Shown here in pieces: positions 44,201-50,907 of a DNA stretch of 62,183 nucleotides (positions are counted from its first letter, which is position 1; each line of letters opens with the position of its first letter). The notes below the pieces were generated by a model. It did not search any database, was not told the DNA's origin, and saw only the letters and a program-made list of their open reading frames with translations. The translations under genes were made by a program, and so were the position numbers. The stretch comes from Bacillota bacterium (GTDB lineage: Bacteria; Bacillota; Dethiobacteria; DTU022): the NCBI GenBank assembly GCA_051748565.1, contig JBNJHN010000004.1, positions 1 to 62,183 on the forward strand, in the 5' to 3' direction.

Positions 44201-45223
44201 GTAGATACTGTTCTAATTGCAGTTGGCCTGAGTCCGGTTGACGAACTGATGCAAAAAGCAAACCAGTACGGTCTCGATATTTATGCCGCGGGTGATGCCA
44301 AAGAAATTGCGGAAGCTTCGGCAGCAATTTTTTCCGGAAAAATAGCCGGTAGGAGAATAGCCCAGGCAATTGGCTTAGACCTGCCTGTCCCCGGCAACTG
44401 GGAAGAATTCGGTGAACTTTTAAAACATCATTCTGCCGATGCTGTTGATTTTCTGGCTGAAGACAGGGAAGACCCGGTTTATCCCCTGATCCGCTGTGTT
44501 CAGGAAATTCCCTGCAACCCCTGTATTGAAGCCTGTCCACAAAAATGCATTACCATGACTGATTCGATTCTCGATCTCCCAACATTCAATGAGCAGTGCA
44601 TCGGCTGTGGGAACTGTGTTCTGGCCTGCCCCGGCCTGGCTATAAATCTGGTACTGAACGACTACGATCCGAATCAGGAAAAGGCCCTGTTGATGCTGCC
44701 CTATGAATTTAATCTCGAAAAAATTCCTTTCGATCAGGAAGTATCCACTACCGACCTCAACGGAGAGATGGTAGGTAAGGGAAAGGTTGTAGCTTATAAA
44801 GAAAGGGAATCTCAAAACAGCAGAGTTCTCCTGCTCGTGGAAGTTCCCCTGGAAGACAAGCTTAAAGTAGCCGGTTTTAAAATCAGGGAGATCGATCCCG
44901 GCATAAAACTTGAAACTGCTGCCAGTGAAGAAGATCCGATTGTTTGCCGCTGTGAAAGAATCAGGAAAAGTGAAATTGTAAATGCAATACACAGGGGAGT
45001 ACGGGATATGAACCAGCTCAAAGCGGAGGTTAGGGCTGGACTGGGGGCCTGTAACGGTAAAACCTGCACCGAGCTAATTTTAAGAATTTTTCGTGAGGAA
45101 GGGATTCCATTTTCCGAAGTTACTATGCCCACTCACAGGCCGCTAGTTTCTGAAGTCCACCTTGGTGATTTTATCACGCTCAATAATCTATGTCCCGATC
45201 AGCGAACAGAGGAGACCGGATAA
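41291..45223 (+). CDS. mega-fusion: NuoG-N-like [2Fe-2S] + 3-4 [4Fe-4S] motifs + MvhD/FlpD-like domain + ~255-aa unknown region + HcnA/SoxA-N-like [2Fe-2S] + FAD/NAD(P) oxidoreductase + [4Fe-4S] domain + BFD-like [2Fe-2S]
   Basis: About 1310 aa. ATG 41291 lies after GGGAGAAAGGG; ATG 41273 in TAATG is an alternative start. Motifs in order: CRLCMVEI; CIMCGLCTRVC; CTGCRACAYICP; CRGCGICEEVCP; CTGCGICAGSCP; IIFSCPRS..VSCIGSVD..LMCRDKLTCPY (MvhD-like); CVNGQCSQCM; VLVIGGGPAGISAA; FIVGGGNVGL; CNPCIEACP..CIGCGNCVLACP; IVCRCERI..GLGACNGKTC. Confidence 0.85.
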   Translation: MSKIINLTIDGRNVEAEDKTMLLEILNDQGIFVPQLCSYPSLTPNGACRLCMVEISQKEWQGKSKIVASCLYPAEEGLSVSTRSKDVLTIRRTMLELYMARCPDSEEIRNIARLEGLDDTPFPIKEKADKCIMCGLCTRVCQDCGPGAISTMSRGIDKHIGPELAGAAENCTGCRACAYICPTDAIPISQKDQTLTIWDRNFEIPICEVETEKCRGCGICEEVCPYSIPRVNLFKNRPSAAYISPSTCTGCGICAGSCPSGAISQVKTGLLNDYETGLFKKDLTGKTIIFSCPRSPLPSGDDNIIQVSCIGSVDISLLLYVIAAGAKGAALMCRDKLTCPYRRGGENGKKTLEVAKNLLKLCGIGEERVALIEPEPGQDGPARAWQQFAESVSLFPPLLQEYYLASAVKTSGLDLALDLVDWLKNRPELRPSLPVEIEAVFTQTSEESPYLLYLDRLPELHLIFPLVLDQPVVIDILQDTSRLLKQKNIPVRCVFTEKELQKDKQSKIITYTKPDHITLPPAAEVITLNKLAGLPEAIEEERFSFSVNTSARRELNEALKHSGKIPIVSTPELYLQYALLMRPGSWQECLKEKPVLEFTAVLSPTEKNKDHHLKLRRIKQHPILPPLNRDELTFTFNKIPITALKGEVITSALYAAGITIFGHHPRDGGAQGIYCVNGQCSQCMVIADGTPVKGCMTPVTEGMHVESLEGYPVLADDTVLSEYTTKPLEVETEVLVIGGGPAGISAAIELGNVGADVLIVDDKQELGGKLSLQTHNFFGSVKDCYAGYRGIDIGHILAENAHKLPTVKIWLNSTVVGVFSDGKFGVSTGGTFRLVKPRRTLFATGAREKSLAFPGCDLPGVYGAGAFQTLANRDLIRCAEKLFIVGGGNVGLIGAYHALQAGIDVVGLVEALPQCGGYKVHLDKIKRMGVPVMTSHTVLSIEGGENVERVVIAAVDDKFQPVAGTERAFEVDTVLIAVGLSPVDELMQKANQYGLDIYAAGDAKEIAEASAAIFSGKIAGRRIAQAIGLDLPVPGNWEEFGELLKHHSADAVDFLAEDREDPVYPLIRCVQEIPCNPCIEACPQKCITMTDSILDLPTFNEQCIGCGNCVLACPGLAINLVLNDYDPNQEKALLMLPYEFNLEKIPFDQEVSTTDLNGEMVGKGKVVAYKERESQNSRVLLLVEVPLEDKLKVAGFKIREIDPGIKLETAASEEDPIVCRCERIRKSEIVNAIHRGVRDMNQLKAEVRAGLGACNGKTCTELILRIFREEGIPFSEVTMPTHRPLVSEVHLGDFITLNNLCPDQRTEETG

Positions 45224-46395
45224 TGCCTTCTCAAGATAATTACGATGTTATTATTATTGGCTGTGGCAGTGTTGGTAATCCAACTGCATTTCAGCTTGCC
45301 CAGGCCGGTTTAAAGGTTCTCGTAATCGACCGACGTGCTTCTGCCGGTCAGGGTGATAATAAAACAGCTATAGGAGGAGTCAGGGCTACTCACTCCGATC
45401 CCGGTAAGATTTCAACCTGCCTTGACAGTATCGAGATCTTCTCGACCTGGAAAGAAAAATACGGCTTTGATATCGGTTGGAAACCCGGAGGATATTGTTT
45501 CCCTGTTTATGATCATAATATCGAGACCACCCTAAAAAATCTGATTCCATATCAACAAGACTGCGGAATGAGAATAGATTGGGTCGGCCCGGATCGGATT
45601 AAAGAATTGATCCCGGGTATTGTCACTGAAGGACTACGCGGTGGAACTTATTCGCCCGACGACGGCCAGGTTTCCTCAATATTAGCGCCGATCGCATTCC
45701 AGCGTGAAGGAGAAAGACACGGCGTAGTATATCACTTTAACGAAAAAGTAATCGGTTACTTAAAAACAGGAGGCAGGGTAACCGGTGTGAGGACAAATAT
45801 AAATAGCTACAGTGCCGATTGGGTGGTTTTGGCAGCCGGAGCCGATGCTGCAGAACATTCTTCCCTGCTTGACATAGAAATCCCAGTTGTGCCGGATTCA
45901 CATGAAGCCGGTATTTCCGCACCCATTGAACATTTCCTGGCACCTTTGGTTGTAGATTTACGTCCCGGTCCTGAAGGCAAAACTGATAATTTTTATTTTG
46001 GCCAGAACAAAGAGGGCCAGATTATTTTCTGTTATACTCCCAAAGAACTATTTATCAGCACAGACCGGGAATCATTATCAGAATTTTTACCCATCCTGGC
46101 CGGAAGGTTGATTTCACTTATTCCCAGGCTTAAAAACCTCCTGATCCGCAGGATCTGGCGCGGCTGTTATCCAATGTCTCCTGATGGGGTGCCAATTATC
46201 GATTTTGCTCCCGGCGTTGAAGGCCTAATTTTAGCTGTCGGCATGTGCGGTCAGGGCTTGATGCTTGGGCCGGGAGTGGGTAAAAACATAACGGCAATGA
46301 TTACAACCGGCCACTCATGTCTCACTGACGAAGCCCATAGCTGTTTCCGTTATGATCGCGATCTCGAGAGAACAAAAACAGATACCCTTAAGTAA
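45223..46395 (+). CDS. DAO-family FAD-dependent amine/amino-acid dehydrogenase (SoxB/HcnC/proline-dehydrogenase-beta-like)
   Basis: 391 aa from ATG 45223, which overlaps the upstream stop in TAATG with a GAGGAG RBS. The N-terminus YDVIIIGCGSVGNPTAFQLAQAG is the dinucleotide fold. It is a paralogue of ORF 50908..52065. Confidence 0.85.
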   Translation: MPSQDNYDVIIIGCGSVGNPTAFQLAQAGLKVLVIDRRASAGQGDNKTAIGGVRATHSDPGKISTCLDSIEIFSTWKEKYGFDIGWKPGGYCFPVYDHNIETTLKNLIPYQQDCGMRIDWVGPDRIKELIPGIVTEGLRGGTYSPDDGQVSSILAPIAFQREGERHGVVYHFNEKVIGYLKTGGRVTGVRTNINSYSADWVVLAAGADAAEHSSLLDIEIPVVPDSHEAGISAPIEHFLAPLVVDLRPGPEGKTDNFYFGQNKEGQIIFCYTPKELFISTDRESLSEFLPILAGRLISLIPRLKNLLIRRIWRGCYPMSPDGVPIIDFAPGVEGLILAVGMCGQGLMLGPGVGKNITAMITTGHSCLTDEAHSCFRYDRDLERTKTDTLK

Positions 46396-46569
46396 GAGGT
46401 ATCGCCATTATACCAAGAAGGCAACACAGCGTCCGGCAAGCAGGTTATAGCGAGCGAACAATGTACGATTATAAATGCTTTGATGAGTACCTGCGGACTT
46501 TATGATGGATCGGGAGTGAGAGGAGGCATACTTTCTTTCCCTGTACCAGGGGCGACCGAAAGCGATTGA
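46396..46569 (+). pseudogene. relic of a glutaminase gene (C-terminal fragment with internal deletion)
   Basis: Translation ...GNTASGKQVIASEQCTIINALMSTCGLYDGSG-VRGGILSFPVPG... matches the conserved glutaminase block (..G..P.TG..V.S.....I.ALM.TCGMYD.SGEFA..VG.PAKSGV.GGI..V.PG). It lacks the EFA..VG.PAKSG piece, any start codon and the N-terminal ~250 aa. Confidence 0.6.
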
Positions 46570-46578
46570 TTAACAAGT

Positions 46579-47394
46579 CTAATGATCGCAGAGTTTGCCG
46601 TATATTTCAGGTTTGCGATCTGTAAGAAATGGGTAAGTTTCGCCTTCTTTAAGCAATCTATCTGAATAGCTGAGATCTACATCTCTTACAAGAAGACCCT
46701 GTTCCCTGTTCATTTCAGCTAAAATCTGCCCTTTGGGAGTCACAAATCGGCTGCGCCCTAAAAATTGATCCTCGCCAAAACCCCCGGTTTGATTTGAAGT
46801 TATTACCCACACCCCATTTTCTAAAGCTCTTGAAAGGGTACTCATATCATAAACGTAAGATCTTTCTGACTTATTCCATGCAGCCAGAACACAGATTACT
46901 TTTATTCCTTCAAGCGCCAGAATGCGGGCAGATTCCGGAAAAGCGATATCATAACAGATTAGAACCCCGAATTTATTTCCCCTATAATTAAACGATAGTG
47001 GTTCTGAAGCTGCTTTAGAATACTTAACCTCATCACTGCCCATGCGGCAAAGGTGAAGTTTACCTCCGGTTTTTTGTGTGCCATCAGGCTGAAAGAGTAT
47101 GGCTCCGTTTATTGGTTTATCACCTTTCGGCAGGGGAATACCGGCAACAATAAAAATATCAAGCTGCTCAGATAGACGGGCCAAAGTTTTCAGGGTAAGA
47201 CCATAAGCTTCAAGGGATCTATGGGTTAATTCATCACCTATGAGAAACCCGGTATTAAATAGCTCCGGAAGCAGAGCGATACCTGCTTCCTGGTCACGAC
47301 ACTTTTCGAGCAGCTTTTCTGCAGTCAGCAGATTTTCTCTCCAATTGTTAATATTACATTCCATCTGCACTGATGCAATACGCACTGTGGACAA
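46579..47394 (-). CDS. carbon-nitrogen hydrolase (nitrilase superfamily amidase)
   Basis: 271 aa. It shows the Glu-Lys-Cys triad contexts LLPELFNTGF, GKLHLCRMG and VLICYDIAFPE. Confidence 0.85.
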   Translation of the reverse strand: MSTVRIASVQMECNINNWRENLLTAEKLLEKCRDQEAGIALLPELFNTGFLIGDELTHRSLEAYGLTLKTLARLSEQLDIFIVAGIPLPKGDKPINGAILFQPDGTQKTGGKLHLCRMGSDEVKYSKAASEPLSFNYRGNKFGVLICYDIAFPESARILALEGIKVICVLAAWNKSERSYVYDMSTLSRALENGVWVITSNQTGGFGEDQFLGRSRFVTPKGQILAEMNREQGLLVRDVDLSYSDRLLKEGETYPFLTDRKPEIYGKLCDH

Positions 47395-47412
47395 TCTTTA
47401 AAAACCCCTCAT

Positions 47413-47883
47413 TCATTTAACTTCATCGTATTTACCGGACAGACTGTCGATTAAATATTTTCCGGAACCCTGCTTGCTACCGACCCAGATAATTTTATGA
47501 GCCGATACTTGCTCAATCGGGTACATATCCGGAACCAGCAAAATCAAATGCTTTCTCATCAGGAACTTCAGGAATCTTCTCCGGACCACTTTTAATGCCT
47601 GGGCATCGTTTATTAAACTCGGAACTATGGCCTGAGGAGAAACTTCCCACTGCTCGGTTTCAGGAATAGAATCCGCCCTGGCGGCAACCCCTCGGGAGAG
47701 GTCTACCGCCAGGATGTCATCTATTAACTTCGACTTTCCCAATAACCTTTTCAGCTCTGCTTCCATATGATACACCACGAAAGGATAAAAGAGAGCACCT
47801 AAGTAGTCATCATCTTTCAGGTTAAGAGTTTCCCTTGTTACCTGCGGTGCAATTACGGCAATGCTGATCAGGTTATCGTTCAT
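47413..47883 (-). CDS. hypothetical protein, no family recognised
   Basis: A 156-aa ORF tightly packed between the symporter and the C-N hydrolase genes on the same strand (gaps of 33 and 18 nt), with a GGAG-containing RBS. No motif is recognised. Confidence 0.55.
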   Translation of the reverse strand: MNDNLISIAVIAPQVTRETLNLKDDDYLGALFYPFVVYHMEAELKRLLGKSKLIDDILAVDLSRGVAARADSIPETEQWEVSPQAIVPSLINDAQALKVVRRRFLKFLMRKHLILLVPDMYPIEQVSAHKIIWVGSKQGSGKYLIDSLSGKYDEVK

Positions 47884-47916
47884 TGTTTAAATAGCTCCTT
47901 TTTCAGCTCGATTCGG

Positions 47917-49509
47917 TTATGGCATAGTCTGCGGTTTGAGGTTGCCTAACCATGCTTTAACCTGGTCCATTTCGGTCAGACCGATTGACGAAGGTTGAAT
48001 CCGGTAACTGGTGTCTCCGGCGCCGATAACTTCGTCCAAAGGTTTTTTCATAATATCCAGTTCCGCCACAGCAGTTTCAGGCGGCTTGGTAAATGAGCTG
48101 ACCAGCAGGGTAACTATAAAACTGACCGGGAAGGAGACCAGGAGCTCATAAAACCAGAAGTCGAAAACCGGTGTCATTACCTGTTTCCAGAAAATAGTGA
48201 CAACGGCACCGGTAATCATCCCGGCGATTACCCCGGCCTTGGTTGTGCCTTTCCACCATAGCGATAGGATTAATGCTGGGCCGATGGCTGCCCCCAGGCC
48301 ACTCCAGGCATAGAGCACCAACAAAAAGACCCGACCGCCTTCCTGGGCAAAAAGCAAAGCCAAAATGCCCAGAATGACTGTAAATACCCGGCTCAGCATA
48401 AGAAGCAGAGTTTCAGATGCTTCCTTGTTGAAAAACCGGTGATAGATATCCTCAACAATGCCGCCGACAGCAACCAGAAGCTGAGAATCGGCAGTCGACA
48501 TCATCAGGGCCAGGGCAGCAGCAATTGTAATCGCAGCTATGGGCAGCGGCAGCCAGAGAGCAGCCAAACTGGGCATGATATATTCCATGTCTGCAAGCTG
48601 CAAGCCAAGGGCATCAACAGCAACACGGCCGCTTAAACCGATTATTACTGCAGAGGTATAAACAACAGAAAGCAGCAACAAAGCGATAAGTGCGGCCTTT
48701 TTTATATCTTTTGCCGAGCGTATACCCATAAATCGAATCATGATATGGACGTTGCCGGGCCAGCCGAAACCGATGGCCAGGTAGGATAAGATCGTAATAA
48801 GCGCTGCTATCCCTCCCAGGCCAAAAGTCGGACTGACCAAAACAGGATCAAGGGCATATAACCCTCCCATAAGACCGGTTAAGCCAAACCTGGCCAGTCC
48901 GACAATCGCCAGCAGAGTAATACCAAATAAAGCGATCATCCCCTGGAAAAAATCTGTCCAGGAAACAGCAAAAAATCCTCCCAGAACGGTATATATAATC
49001 ATGATAACCGCTCCGAGGATCATTCCCTGCCAATAGGTAAGCGGTGTTACCGCATCGAAAAGCTTTCCGGCCGCAACAAACTGGGCAGAAACATAAGGGA
49101 CCATAAAGGCAACGATAATAATCGTCACTATGATTCTGATTGTGCCCTGGTTATCGCGATACCTGGTTTCGAAAAATCCGGGCAGGGTTAATACACCAAC
49201 CGATTCGGTGTAGATCCTTATCCGCCTTGCCAGGAAAGACCAGGAGAAGAGATCCGCCAGGTAGCATCCAGCCATATTCCACATGGCGGCAACACCAAAT
49301 GCAAAACCTTCTCCGGGAACACCGACCGACATCCAGCCGCTCATCTCGCTGGCGCGGGTGCTAAACCCGGTAACCCATGGTCCGAGGGAGCGTCCAGCCA
49401 GCAAATAACCGGCTATATCCTTAGTTTGTTTGCTAAAGTAATAACCGGTACCCATCATTAGAGCTAAGTATAATACAAGGATAATAATAATCCAGTTGCT
49501 GACATCCAT
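47917..49509 (-). CDS. sodium:solute symporter (SSS family, PutP/PanF-like)
   Basis: 530 aa with about 13 hydrophobic spans. The N-terminus ...YLLAGRSLGPWVTGFS..ASEMSGW.. is typical of the SSS family. Confidence 0.9.
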   Translation of the reverse strand: MDVSNWIIIILVLYLALMMGTGYYFSKQTKDIAGYLLAGRSLGPWVTGFSTRASEMSGWMSVGVPGEGFAFGVAAMWNMAGCYLADLFSWSFLARRIRIYTESVGVLTLPGFFETRYRDNQGTIRIIVTIIIVAFMVPYVSAQFVAAGKLFDAVTPLTYWQGMILGAVIMIIYTVLGGFFAVSWTDFFQGMIALFGITLLAIVGLARFGLTGLMGGLYALDPVLVSPTFGLGGIAALITILSYLAIGFGWPGNVHIMIRFMGIRSAKDIKKAALIALLLLSVVYTSAVIIGLSGRVAVDALGLQLADMEYIMPSLAALWLPLPIAAITIAAALALMMSTADSQLLVAVGGIVEDIYHRFFNKEASETLLLMLSRVFTVILGILALLFAQEGGRVFLLVLYAWSGLGAAIGPALILSLWWKGTTKAGVIAGMITGAVVTIFWKQVMTPVFDFWFYELLVSFPVSFIVTLLVSSFTKPPETAVAELDIMKKPLDEVIGAGDTSYRIQPSSIGLTEMDQVKAWLGNLKPQTMP

Positions 49510-49601
49510 TATTTCTCACCCCCAAAGAAAAACCAGGCCAGAGTTATGATTACCGAACCGAAAAACATGACCAGCAAAAGAGCCATTCCCTGTCCTACCA
49601 A
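49509..49601 (-). CDS. 30-aa single-span membrane peptide, probable symporter small accessory protein (not in the ORF track)
   Basis: On the minus strand: GGAGGAG - 7 nt - TTG GTA GGA CAG ... = (M)VGQGMALLLVMFFGSVIITLAWFFFGGEK. Its TAA overlaps the symporter ATG (TAATG). Confidence 0.5.
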   Translation of the reverse strand: MVGQGMALLLVMFFGSVIITLAWFFFGGEK

Positions 49602-49690
49602 ATAAATCTCCTCCTTAAAAAATGATCCATTTATTTCTCTAACTTGACTTTTGTCTAGAGGAACATAACCACCTCCTATGCCCGGAGAAA

Positions 49691-50692
49691 TTAGCGGGTC
49701 CGGTTGGGATTATTGGCAAAGCCCGCCAGGGCATACATACCGATCCAAATAGCCAGGTGCATGGAAAAAGCAGCGCCGGGTTGGTAGGGATATATTTCGA
49801 CAAAATCGAAACCGGCGGCACCACGCAGGCAGGTCTCGTATGCAACTGTAAGAATCTCATGAGAAGTCAATCCGTCAGGATCCGGCGGGCCGGCCGGGTT
49901 ATAGGCGGGATCTATAGCATCACTGCAGATCGAAATATAGAAACGTTCAGTTCCATCCGTGGCAATATCAAGAGCGTGACTCAAAGCTTCTGCAAAACCC
50001 ATATTCCTAATTTGCCGTATGTTAAGCACCTCGGCACCGATCTCTTTGGCAAAATTGTAACCGTAGCGGGAATTCCGCGGGCCGCGAATACCAAAGTGGA
50101 CGATACTATCAGTTTTTATCCCCGGAATTCTTGCAATGCGGTTTACGGGGCAGCAACGGGCACAGGGTTCTCCATCATATTCGTCCAGGTTGTCAAAATG
50201 AGAGTCAAATATAATTAGCCCGACTTTTCCGGGAGTGTGTTTGCATAACGCATCAACAATTTCCGTCGTAAATGAATGATCCCCGCCAAAGACCAGCGGA
50301 AAAAGATTGCTACCATAGACATCAAGGGCTTTTTGATGGACAGATTTCAAAGTTGCCTCAATGCTGTCCGGATGAGTTAAGGCGTCTCCGTAATCAGTGA
50401 TTTTCAGGGATTCGAGAATATCGGTATCCAATTCAGGTATGAAGCCACCATAACGGGCCGCTTCCATTCTAAGAAGCTTGGGAACCTGTTCACACCCGCT
50501 TCCCCTAATATCCCCCCAGGTTACAGGACCTTCCCAGGGAACACCAAATACTGCAGCATCATAGCGGGATAGCGCACCGACGTCTTTTGTAACCGGAACA
50601 CCCAGAAAAGAGGGGGTATCACCGTAAACTCTTGGGAAAGATCTTTCTCTTCCTGCATCATAGGGACTACGATCATTGCATCTTTCTTTCAA
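49691..50692 (-). CDS. ureohydrolase (arginase/agmatinase/guanidino-acid hydrolase family)
   Basis: 333 aa with a TTG start after TAGGAG. It has the binuclear-metal motifs FGGDHSFT, IIFDSHFD and SICSDAIDPAYNPA. Confidence 0.85.
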   Translation of the reverse strand: MKERCNDRSPYDAGRERSFPRVYGDTPSFLGVPVTKDVGALSRYDAAVFGVPWEGPVTWGDIRGSGCEQVPKLLRMEAARYGGFIPELDTDILESLKITDYGDALTHPDSIEATLKSVHQKALDVYGSNLFPLVFGGDHSFTTEIVDALCKHTPGKVGLIIFDSHFDNLDEYDGEPCARCCPVNRIARIPGIKTDSIVHFGIRGPRNSRYGYNFAKEIGAEVLNIRQIRNMGFAEALSHALDIATDGTERFYISICSDAIDPAYNPAGPPDPDGLTSHEILTVAYETCLRGAAGFDFVEIYPYQPGAAFSMHLAIWIGMYALAGFANNPNRTR

Positions 50693-50907
50693 GAATGAAC
50701 ACTCCTATCAATGTTATATTGTGATTAAAAGAATTTTACGTTTTTAAAGGAATTAAGGTCTAAACATTTGAAAAACAATAGAAACATAATTCAATAAAGT
50801 TCCTCAATATCCTTTTTTTTGACAGAGGCTTCTTGCTAATCATTTATAAATATATCTGTTGTTGGTTCGCCGGCTATATAAATTGTAATATGCCTTATTA
50901 GTTTAGG

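Noticed and set aside
44420-44992. Long antisense or alternative-frame track ORFs inside large genes. Examples: 44420..44992 (190 aa), 58253..58726 (157 aa), 7096..7590 (164 aa), 49757..50218 (153 aa), 2132..2557 (141 aa), 15418..15843 (141 aa), 52380..52826 (148 aa).
   Set aside because: All are embedded opposite or out of frame to genes with clear family motifs. They lack RBSs and have odd composition, so they are shadow ORFs.
46393-46398. Stop-codon read-through from the DAO gene into the in-frame glutaminase-like sequence.
   Set aside because: The stop is a strong TAA. The downstream sequence is a degenerate fragment with an internal deletion. Being in the same frame has a 1-in-3 chance expectation.
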